Notes under the pieces: model-generated
What the model was told of the DNA's origin: nothing
Database searches by the model: none
The model's input: the letters and a program-made list of their open reading frames with translations, nothing else
Virus record (IMG/VR): IMGVR_UViG_3300047548_001271
Location: 93,443 to 157,442 of that record
Reading direction: 5' to 3' (one strand)
Source of the DNA: a virus
DNA length: 64,000 nucleotides
Translations under genes and position numbers: made by a program
In this document: positions 22,919 through 30,410 of the stretch, one piece after another
How positions within the stretch are numbered: the stretch's first letter is position 1
How the letters are laid out: each line of letters begins with the position of its first letter

Positions 22919-22991
22919 TCTAGGTGGCAAGACTCGAACTTGCAACTTCTTGGCCCCAAACCAAGCACTCTACCAATTGAGCTACACCCAG
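22919..22991 (-). tRNA. tRNA-Pro(UGG)
   Basis: CTTGG-TTTGGGG-CCAAG anticodon arm; canonical D and T arms. Confidence 0.9.
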
Positions 22992-23193
22992 TTATATATA
23001 TAGTTTATCACATAAGTGGCGAATGTCAAGTCATTTTTGATCGATTTGTTTAGTTATACAGTTAACAATAAAATTAAACACTCTTGATTGATCTTTTATT
23101 GGATATTCAAATGTATCGCAAAAAAATATCCGATGCTCACGTTTTAAATCAAAGCGGCGGCATATATTTTCATATTCAATAAAATTTATTATG

Positions 23194-23655
23194 TTAGATA
23201 TCATTTGATGTAAACTTTTCATATTCACTTTCCATCATTAAATAACAAAAAACATTTCTTCCGTGAGTTAAATATGTATATATCTTTGTTTTTGGATTAA
23301 ACTCCAACCAAATATCATTCCACGGCCCACGAAATGTTAAAGCCCATGTGTCTGAATGAGACACCACTCGATGTATATTATTTCTCGGAGTGAATTTTGG
23401 CAAGAACGACGCTTTAAAATTTTTATTTTCTCCGGTCAATTTTTCTTCTGTGACTTCTCCGCTCAAAAACCAAGTAATAGCATTAAATGCGTGTGAGTGG
23501 TAATTTTCGCGAGAGCCATTCTTAAAATGAAGAAGTCCAATTGAAAAGAGCTTCTTCCATTCTACTAGAAAATATCCAGTAACACCAGACTCAGCACCGC
23601 CGTCAAATTTTTTATAAAAGAATCGTGGAAGCCATTTGTGAAGAAATACATTCAT
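23194..23655 (-). CDS. cupin-like phage protein
   Basis: HSHAF...G..E...HRV...WALTFRGP cupin metal motif. Confidence 0.6.
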   Translation of the reverse strand: MNVFLHKWLPRFFYKKFDGGAESGVTGYFLVEWKKLFSIGLLHFKNGSRENYHSHAFNAITWFLSGEVTEEKLTGENKNFKASFLPKFTPRNNIHRVVSHSDTWALTFRGPWNDIWLEFNPKTKIYTYLTHGRNVFCYLMMESEYEKFTSNDI

Positions 23656-23936
23656 CTACGACCATCCTCTTGCAGTAAAAAGTGTGCTCTATATACTGGC
23701 TTTGTAAAACCTAAATATATTTCCCAGTCAGAATATCCATGCTCGACAAATCTATCTTTTTCTCTTATGTATTCTACTACACGTTTCTCTTTTAGTTGTT
23801 CAGAATAAACAACTCTAAATTTTTCAACGTCTGTATGGATTGTTTTTATTTCGTATCTATCAAGTTCTTTACGAACGTCATTTCTTATTTGATCTATACA
23901 ATGTTTATTATTTGGGTGCGTTATTATGTATTGCAT
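23652..23936 (-). CDS. hypothetical protein preceded by an ACAGCA leader motif
   Basis: ORF track; ATG follows the leader hairpin directly. Confidence 0.5.
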   Translation of the reverse strand: MQYIITHPNNKHCIDQIRNDVRKELDRYEIKTIHTDVEKFRVVYSEQLKEKRVVEYIREKDRFVEHGYSDWEIYLGFTKPVYRAHFLLQEDGRR

Positions 23937-23941
23937 AAAAA

Positions 23942-23995
23942 GGTCACTTTCTTAGTATCGAAACTAAATAATCCATATTAATGCTGTGAGTGACC
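23942..23995 (-). promoter_or_regulatory. ACAGCA leader motif with T-loop-like hairpin
   Basis: GGTCAC-TCACAGCA-linker-TTAGT(TTCGAT)ACTAA-GAAA-GTGACC, just before an ATG. Confidence 0.65.
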
Positions 23996-24194
23996 ACATT
24001 ACTCGCCGTGACGAGTAAAGATCTCTTTCCACACATGGTGGACGAGGCTATCGCTTTAACATCTCCATTATGAGAGCCCAATCAAGAAGCATACTAAAAA
24101 TATGTATAAATCCATAAATATACAAATTATAGTAAGGTTGTTTTCTTAAAATAAAACTAGAAAAAACATTTATTAGTGTAAACATTATTAGTTC

Positions 24195-24590
24195 CTATTT
24201 AAACAACCCAGAAAAAAGACCTTTAACAACCTCTTTAGATTTTTCTCCAACCCATTCACCAGCCACGCGAGATTTATTTATATCAGTTTTTTCAACTATT
24301 ATATCATCTTTTGTAAATTTAATTCCATCTGGACCAGCAGATCTAATCGTCGCCTTGTCAAAATTGTCAGATTTTTCAAGCTTGTGGTCAACCACATTTC
24401 CCCATGGGTCCATTGCTGGTTTATATTCACTATCAGATTTTAGTAGTTTTGCGACCTCGTTTTCTAGCACTTTCTTTTCTTGTATGCTACTAAAACTAAA
24501 ACCCCCAATAAATGCAATGATAAGAAAACCAGCCAATACAAAAGTAAAAAACTCGTCTATTTGAAGAACACCATCTATAATCTTTTTCAT
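24195..24590 (-). CDS. membrane protein with GspG-like (T2SS pseudopilin C-terminal) motif
   Basis: TM helix plus DPWGN...IRSAGPDGIKFTKDDI. Confidence 0.7.
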   Translation of the reverse strand: MKKIIDGVLQIDEFFTFVLAGFLIIAFIGGFSFSSIQEKKVLENEVAKLLKSDSEYKPAMDPWGNVVDHKLEKSDNFDKATIRSAGPDGIKFTKDDIIVEKTDINKSRVAGEWVGEKSKEVVKGLFSGLFK

Positions 24591-24609
24591 AGAAACCTTT
24601 CAAAAAAAA

Positions 24610-24718
24610 TCCGGCAGCTAGGATTCGAACCTAGATCACGATCTTAGAAGTGATAATTTTAATGCTGTTAGAGATAAAATATCTCGTTTTACGTGTTTTA
24701 CCGTTAAACTACCGCCGA
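24610..24718 (-). ncRNA. tRNA-bodied RNA with ACAGCA module in the anticodon arm (copy 1)
   Basis: Acceptor TCGGCGG/CTGCCGG, D arm GTTT-AACGGTA-AAAC, T arm CTAGG-TTCGAAT-CCTAG; arm insert TAAAAC-GAGAT(ATTTT)ATCTC-TAACAGCA. Confidence 0.8.
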
Positions 24719-24719
24719 T

Positions 24720-24823
24720 ATGTGTTGCCGGGACTCGAACCCGGATGCTAAAATTTTATGCTGTTAGAGATCTTTTCTGTATCTCGTTTTCATATTTTTG
24801 CTTTACCATTAAGCTACAACACA
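24720..24823 (-). ncRNA. tRNA-bodied RNA with ACAGCA module in the anticodon arm (copy 2)
   Basis: Acceptor TGTGTTG/CAACACA, D arm GCTT/AAGC, stem AAAAT/ATTTT enclosing GAAAAC-GAGAT(ACAGAAAAG)ATCTC-TAACAGCA, T arm CCGGG-TTCGAGT-CCCGG. Confidence 0.82.
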
Positions 24824-24828
24824 TTTTT

Positions 24829-26205
24829 TTAAACAATATATCGATCTTTCATGATCGTCTCTAACATTACTCCTTCTGGTGACAGATCACCAAAAAGTGA
24901 AGGAATAATACTTGGAGAATAACCACTAACCAAAGCAACTCCTTTATCAGAAATTTTAGCTTGGAAGTTTTTATCTCTGCCGTTAACATTCCAGAAAACA
25001 ACTTGAGGAAGTTTATATCCATGAGACTCGAATTGAGATGTCATAGTTTGATAATTTGTCCCACGACAAGCAGAATTAAATTCCATGTCAGAGATGATTA
25101 GAATTTTACTTGGCATGTCATGGTTTGTCAAGTTGTTTTGTACGGCTTTGTTGAGAATCAACTCAAATACTTTTTGTAAGTCAGTGCTCATTCCCCATTC
25201 AGCTTGAGAAAGCTGTCTAAGTCGTTGACCAAAGTCACCAGAAAGCTGTTGAAGTTTTGGATTACTAGAGAAGGTAATAAAACAATCCTTAAAGATTCCA
25301 GTATTACGCTGCGAACAGTACATTGCTAATGAAATTGATGCATGAATTGGTCTAAATTGAGGATCTGAATAACAACCCATGCTACCACTAACATCAGAAA
25401 CAACCAATACATTTTCATCTGTATAATAATTCGGTAGTGCGTTCCACTGAGCAACAGCAACTACTGGATTTTTATTATACGATAGCAAAACATCATGAGG
25501 GAACAAAACACTAGCATTTATTTTTGCTTCACCAGAAGCTACTTTCGTCATGTATTGACCAAATCTTTTTGGATCTCGCTTATTAAAAGACCGAGAATAA
25601 ATAGACATAGCTTTTGATGGAACAGCAGAATATTTAATTTCTGACCATTGACGAGCACTCATCTGTTGTTCAACGACTTTAGTATTTTTTACAATTCTTT
25701 GCTTGAGACTAATAATCGAAACATCTAGTTTGGCAGCGACAAGGCCAAGCAAATTTCCTTCATTGTGTCTTGGTAGCCACTTACAAAGAAGATTATTGTC
25801 AATGTTGTCTGCGATAAACTGTGCTGTGTCATCGCATACTGGCATTACCATCCTTTTAGTAGTTGAGGTGCCCCATAGATCGTCCCATCGACCAATATCT
25901 GGAACCCTCTTCATAACTCTGATCTTATCTGCTTTAGGAAGAGATCTGTAAATCAACCGGAAAAGTCTTCGTTCTCCAGCTCCTCCACGAGGATCTCTCA
26001 ACCACAGCAAAATTCTGAGTGCGAGATCTGGATTACTGATGTAGGCTTTTTCCCACAAAAGCAAAACTTCCTTGTCTGGACGGCTTCTCATAGAAGCAAT
26101 AGTAGAAAACAAATCAACTAAAGGAGAACCAGTAGTTGAATGGGATTCTGCCCCATTAGCAGTCAGAGAATCATTCGTTTGAAGAGCATTAATCAATTTA
26201 GACAT
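24829..26205 (-). CDS. DUF2828-family protein (TROVE/Ro60-like helical domain + vWA)
   Basis: TANGA..STT, RDPRGGAGERRLFR, GRWDDL, KWLPR, MIDAS DVSGSM, WGMSTDL, ISDMEFN, VFWNV, VSGYS. Confidence 0.85.
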   Translation of the reverse strand: MSKLINALQTNDSLTANGAESHSTTGSPLVDLFSTIASMRSRPDKEVLLLWEKAYISNPDLALRILLWLRDPRGGAGERRLFRLIYRSLPKADKIRVMKRVPDIGRWDDLWGTSTTKRMVMPVCDDTAQFIADNIDNNLLCKWLPRHNEGNLLGLVAAKLDVSIISLKQRIVKNTKVVEQQMSARQWSEIKYSAVPSKAMSIYSRSFNKRDPKRFGQYMTKVASGEAKINASVLFPHDVLLSYNKNPVVAVAQWNALPNYYTDENVLVVSDVSGSMGCYSDPQFRPIHASISLAMYCSQRNTGIFKDCFITFSSNPKLQQLSGDFGQRLRQLSQAEWGMSTDLQKVFELILNKAVQNNLTNHDMPSKILIISDMEFNSACRGTNYQTMTSQFESHGYKLPQVVFWNVNGRDKNFQAKISDKGVALVSGYSPSIIPSLFGDLSPEGVMLETIMKDRYIV

Positions 26206-26223
26206 GGTTTAAATCCTTAAAAA

Positions 26224-26275
26224 TGTCGCATTTCATTCAGGAAAAGTGAATTTTTTTTATGTGCTGTTAGCGACA
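26224..26275 (-). promoter_or_regulatory. ACAGCA leader motif with anticodon-loop-like hairpin (DUF2828 5'UTR)
   Basis: TGTCGC-TAACAGCA-A-rich-ATTCA(CTTTTCC)TGAAT-GAAAT-GCGACA, just upstream of the AAGGA RBS. Confidence 0.8.
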
Positions 26276-26284
26276 ATATGACTA

Positions 26285-27283
26285 CTATTTCATCACCAAA
26301 ACTCGCTGTTTTGGTATTACATTCCTATTAACGCTTGTACTTTGAATAAACACAATCCATTCGCCATGATCTTCCGGTGTAATCTTTACTTCTGAATTCG
26401 GAAGATTTAGCAATGTTCTTGCATTATCACCAGTATAAACTTTACCATTCTTTTTGTTCTGTACGGCAATTTCTTTTTGCGGTTGAACATGTTCATTTTT
26501 TACTAGTTCATAAAAAGAATTTCCAAGAACATATTTAGTCCCAAGTTTCTTTTCAACGAGCGGTTTTATTTGAACCGCTTTTACATCCTCGTTGATGATC
26601 ACATCATAGCTTCCGTCTTTTACTATGTCAAGCACTTTCGAAACATTTTTTGAAGTCACTTCGGAAAGATTAGAGAAAATGCTTCTGGTAGACTTAACTC
26701 CGGATTTTCTTGCTGTGAAGAAATTATCCATCGTCTGCTTGAATTTATTACCGACCTCAACAACGCCTTCTTTTGTTGCATTCCAGATTTCAATATTTCC
26801 TTCTGGAATACCAAGATTTTTTAAGGCCATGACGCCCGCTTGATTAGGAACAAAAGCGGCAACTGTAAAATTATCTGGAAGAGTTTTTAATTGATTGATT
26901 AATTCTATCGGTTTTGTTTTTGAGTGGTTTTCTTCTCCATCCGTTATTAGATAAATAATGAAAGAGTGATCGCCGTATTTTTGAGGAAGCTCTTTCGCAT
27001 CATTAATAGCTAGACAAAAAGCATCTCTTAAGGCCGTATTTCCATAAGCTGTGATTTCTTCAAGTTTTACTGGTCTTGCCACATCAACATCACTAATTAC
27101 ACATTTAACATCAGAAGCAAAAGTATAGAAACTAATTCTAGTCTCTTGTTCTTGTTCAATGCTAGACTGCCTCAGATTATCTATTTGTAAATTAAATATA
27201 TCAGAAGCTGTTTTGATGATTGGAGCCATTGAGCTTGATACGTCCAAGCAAACAAATACATGGTTTTTATAAGTATTTTTCAT
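26285..27283 (-). CDS. von Willebrand factor A domain protein
   Basis: MIDAS LDVSSSM, GNTALRDA, LITDGEEN; C-terminal FYELVK...QSTSVNR domain. Confidence 0.85.
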   Translation of the reverse strand: MKNTYKNHVFVCLDVSSSMAPIIKTASDIFNLQIDNLRQSSIEQEQETRISFYTFASDVKCVISDVDVARPVKLEEITAYGNTALRDAFCLAINDAKELPQKYGDHSFIIYLITDGEENHSKTKPIELINQLKTLPDNFTVAAFVPNQAGVMALKNLGIPEGNIEIWNATKEGVVEVGNKFKQTMDNFFTARKSGVKSTRSIFSNLSEVTSKNVSKVLDIVKDGSYDVIINEDVKAVQIKPLVEKKLGTKYVLGNSFYELVKNEHVQPQKEIAVQNKKNGKVYTGDNARTLLNLPNSEVKITPEDHGEWIVFIQSTSVNRNVIPKQRVLVMK

Positions 27284-27304
27284 AAGAGATCCTTAAAAGT
27301 TACA

Positions 27305-27358
27305 TGTCGCGTTTTAATCTTTTACCAAAAAAAAGTTATTTTTATGCTGTTAGCGACA
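27305..27358 (-). promoter_or_regulatory. ACAGCA leader motif with anticodon-loop-like hairpin (vWA 5'UTR)
   Basis: TGTCGC-TAACAGCA-TAAAAATAA-CTTTT(TTTTGGT)AAAAG-ATTAAAAC-GCGACA, upstream of the AAGGA RBS. Confidence 0.8.
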
Positions 27359-27359
27359 A

Positions 27360-27442
27360 TGGACCGAGTAGGAATCGAACCTACCAACACAAGAATTTAA
27401 AATCCGGATTAAAATTCTTATAGACACCAGCTCTGTCGGCCC
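27360..27442 (-). ncRNA. tRNA-like RNA with Ala identity (G3:U70) and extended anticodon-less arm
   Basis: GGGCCGA/TCGGTCC-A acceptor, T arm GTAGG-TTCGATT-CCTAC, reduced D region, 10-bp stem ATAAGAATTT/AAATTCTTGT. Confidence 0.7.
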
Positions 27443-27449
27443 TTTTTAA

Positions 27450-27523
27450 TGGACAGAATAGGAATTGAACCCACCACAGATGCATTGCAAATGCTTCTCG
27501 CCACCCTTGGAACATGTCCGCCC
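27450..27523 (-). tRNA. tRNA-Ala(UGC), atypical
   Basis: G3:U70 and A73; loop TTTGCAA; one mismatch in the anticodon stem; C8. Confidence 0.75.
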
Positions 27524-27530
27524 GTATTAT

Positions 27531-27558
27531 ATTGTATAGTCTATTTGGCGATTGTCAA
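27531..27558 (-). promoter_or_regulatory. promoter of the tRNA-Ala / vWA / DUF2828 cluster
   Basis: TTGACA-N16-TACAAT ending 7 nt before the tRNA-Ala 5' end. Confidence 0.75.
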
Positions 27559-28165
27559 GTGTTTTTTCTTTATTTTCTTCTTCTACTGAATAAACAAGCT
27601 TTATTCCGCCACGTCTTTCATTATAATGTCCGTACTCATCATGATATCCTGCTATTCTCGCAGTGAATTCGTAATTAATTATATTATTTTTCTTTATGAA
27701 ATCATCAACAGCTTGTTGTAAATCGTTGAATGTTTTATATTTAAACACTTCAATATCATTATAATATTCCCAAAACAACCACTTAATAAGAGCCCGTTTA
27801 GTTATTTTTTGATCATAAGCCCAATACATTTGGCGAACTTTCATTTTTCATCGCTCCAATCAAATTTTGTTTGTCATATTTAGAATAAATAAAATGCTTT
27901 ATCGATTTAAACTACCTCACATTTAATCTTGTTTTAATTGCTGTTTGTACATAATTTAAATCAATCCGCACTGCGTAGTCAAAAAGCATTTTATCACAAA
28001 CTTCTTTACTGACTTGTTTTCGCAAACTATCGAAATTTTTTGCGCATATAAGAGAGCGAATATAATGTATTGTTAATTGAGTGTCATATATATGTTTATC
28101 ACAGACATATAAATATAGGCTTAATGGAATGTCTTGTGCTGTTTGTATTATTTCAGACATAATTA

Positions 28166-28408
28166 TTAAATAGCCTTACTACTTTTAGTAGAAAATTTAC
28201 TTGACAAATATTGATAAACATTTTCTTCTTCTACTTCTTCAAGTATTTCATCAGGATAAATTATTTCAGTTTCAAAATCTTCTGTGATAACAGTAATGTT
28301 GTCAACACTATCTGAATTGTTAAATGAAGATCTAACTCTAATATCTACTATTTTTCCAAAAGATCTGTTATCACTAACAGTAAAAAGTACCCAAGATCCT
28401 ATTTTCAT
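28166..28408 (-). CDS. hypothetical protein
   Basis: Start MKIGSW after AAAGG; the longer ORF call runs through a tRNA. Confidence 0.55.
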   Translation of the reverse strand: MKIGSWVLFTVSDNRSFGKIVDIRVRSSFNNSDSVDNITVITEDFETEIIYPDEILEEVEEENVYQYLSSKFSTKSSKAI

Positions 28409-28429
28409 ATAATAACCTTTCTTAAAAAA

Positions 28430-28503
28430 TGGCTCCACTCGGAGTCGAACCGAGAACATCATGTTCCTAAGACATGCGCCTCTGCCAATTGGGCTATGGA
28501 GCC
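28430..28503 (-). tRNA. tRNA-Leu(UAG) with short variable loop
   Basis: CATGT-CTTAGGA-ACATG anticodon arm; GGCTCCA/TGGAGCC acceptor. Confidence 0.85.
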
Positions 28504-28824
28504 GACTGCTGTAATTCATTCATGATTATATAGAAATCATATTCAAAAGGATCAAATATTTTTGATGTTTCTATATTATGCCATCCATCTTCTCGTCCCA
28601 AGAAAACGCCAATTTCACAAGTGATTTTGTTGGCGTTCATAAATAGAATATAATAAAGACCACAACCGCGACCATTTTTATTTCTCTCTATTTGTAGAGA
28701 TTCTAATTTTAAAATATTTTCAGTTGTAACTTCTTTCAAGCTTTCGTTAAACATACTCAACTACAACCTCTCGTGTTTAGTTTTAGGTATTATACTAGAA
28801 GTCTAAAGATATGTCAACTGTTAT

Positions 28825-28895
28825 TGCAGTATATCAGAATCGAACTGATGCCCGCTGTTTGGAAGACAGCCGTGCTACCATTACACCAATACTGC
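28825..28895 (-). tRNA. tRNA-Gly(UCC)
   Basis: GCTGT-CTTCCAA-ACAGC anticodon arm. Confidence 0.88.
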
Positions 28896-28898
28896 TTG

Positions 28899-29118
28899 TG
28901 CGAGTTTCTGAGCATGACCGCGTTCGCTATGCTCCCGTTCTGGCTAGTGCTATCTCGCATTGCACTAGATCATCCTAGACGCTTTCTTTGCGGGAAAATC
29001 TAGGAATCTATTCATCTAATTTCCGGAGTGTCGATATTCTTTATTCTGGTAAAAAGCTGTTGTGATCATCAAAAACTTTTGTTGGTCCAGAATCAGAGGA
29101 ACAGAGAGACATTAGATG
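28899..29118 (-). ncRNA. candidate structured RNA(s) between tRNAs
   Basis: Several perfect stems (GAGCAT/ATGCTC, CTAGTGC/GCACTAG, TCCTAGA/TCTAGGA, CATCTAAT/ATTAGATG) and a possible TGCGAG/CTCGCA pseudoknot. Confidence 0.5.
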
Positions 29119-29134
29119 TTTAATAAATCAAAAA

Positions 29135-29205
29135 CGGCTTGTACGAGAATTGAACTCGTTCCTCCTGTTCGACAGACGGGTGTGCTACCATTGCACCAAC
29201 AAGCC
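29135..29205 (-). tRNA. tRNA-Asp(GUC)
   Basis: Loop CTGTCGA; GGCTTGT/ACAAGCC-G acceptor. Confidence 0.85.
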
Positions 29206-29208
29206 AAG

Positions 29209-29281
29209 GCTACCTGACGAGAATTGAACTCGCGTAAATCCGCGTCACAAGCAGATCCTGAAACCAACGTCAGACAGGTAG
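29209..29281 (-). tRNA. tRNA-His(GUG)
   Basis: TCTGC-TTGTGAC-GCGGA anticodon arm; C73; no encoded G-1. Confidence 0.78.
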
Positions 29282-29283
29282 AG

Positions 29284-29368
29284 CGGAAGGAAGGGGACTC
29301 GAACCCCTAAGACGTTTTACCGCCCAACCGATTTCAAGTCGGTCTCCTCGTCCAGCCGGACTCCTTCC
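29284..29368 (-). tRNA. tRNA-Ser(UGA)
   Basis: ACCGA-CTTGAAA-TCGGT anticodon arm, long variable arm, G73. Confidence 0.92.
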
Positions 29369-29389
29369 ATTAATCTTCCAGAATTTCAT

Positions 29390-29773
29390 TCAATTTCGCA
29401 TAATGACTCCTTTATGCATAAGCTTTTCTTTTTGAGCATCTTGCATTCGCCATACATCTCTTTCTATTAATCGAACTTTTTCTTTGATAGTTTCTAGGTC
29501 AATTCGAGTAAATTCTGAATATTCGCGATTACTATCCACATAATTTTTTAATGAATCTAATTGTGTATAAATGCACTTTCTAAGAGTCCAATCAAATGTT
29601 AAATTATTCCATGTACTTTCCATATATCTTGACAATTCATAAAAATCATGAGCATGTCTTCTGTGAGATTCTTTCAATTCTGAAATCAAAAAATAAACAT
29701 GAATAAACATAGCACATATCGCAGTTAATACCAAACAAATAAAAACTATTAGAGCGTTCATAAATTTATCCAA
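29390..29773 (-). CDS. hypothetical membrane-anchored coiled-coil protein
   Basis: N-terminal hydrophobic helix. Confidence 0.5.
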   Translation of the reverse strand: MDKFMNALIVFICLVLTAICAMFIHVYFLISELKESHRRHAHDFYELSRYMESTWNNLTFDWTLRKCIYTQLDSLKNYVDSNREYSEFTRIDLETIKEKVRLIERDVWRMQDAQKEKLMHKGVIMRN

Positions 29774-30399
29774 GAATTAGTTTTCCAAGAAGTGATTAAC
29801 CATTCTACATAATCAGCATTGTTTACACCATACCATCCACAAGCAAATGGCGGATGAGATTCTACTAAAAGTAGACGACCATCATCTGTTAAACCAAAAT
29901 CAACAGCACCACAAAATTTATCTGGCCAATTTATATTTAGTTTTGGACCATCAGAATCTATATAAACTTCATCATCATCGCCGCCTAAATACCAGCCAGA
30001 TGTTATTTGTTTTCCATTAGCAATGTAGTACCTCCACTCGTTTACGAAGTTCACAACTTCTGAGCACCAGTATACATCATCTTTTAGCACTGTCAAGTCA
30101 GAAACCACAAAAGGTTCAAATTTTTTGAAAGATGTAGCTGACTTAACAAATAATCCTGGTTTTATTTCATTTTTTGTTCTTAATGTTATATCTCTTCCTA
30201 AGAAGTCTTTGAGAAAAGATGGATAAAAATTAATTATTTCTCGTGGTTTTGGTAGAACCTGTAGGCAGTAGTCAACAGAACCGACAGCTATTGTATTTGG
30301 CTTCGGCTCCTTGCGAAACTCGGCGAGAAAACCATTTTTCAATGATTGAGAATACACCGCATTAGCTTCTCTACTACCTACAGGCTCTATTGAAAACAT
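29758..30399 (-). CDS. ATP-grasp domain protein (DUF4343/R2K-like)
   Basis: LFVKS, SEVVNFVNEWRYYI, AVDFG, LLVES motifs. Confidence 0.7.
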   Translation of the reverse strand: MFSIEPVGSREANAVYSQSLKNGFLAEFRKEPKPNTIAVGSVDYCLQVLPKPREIINFYPSFLKDFLGRDITLRTKNEIKPGLFVKSATSFKKFEPFVVSDLTVLKDDVYWCSEVVNFVNEWRYYIANGKQITSGWYLGGDDDEVYIDSDGPKLNINWPDKFCGAVDFGLTDDGRLLLVESHPPFACGWYGVNNADYVEWLITSWKTNSWINL

Positions 30400-30410
30400 A
30401 TAAATCCTTA

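Noticed and set aside
24630-24655. Amber suppressor (CUA) reading of tRNA-like copy 1, and stop-codon recoding
   Set aside because: TT-CTA-AG is not in a proper anticodon stem; long genes read intact in the standard code and TAG/TGA end ORFs at plausible positions
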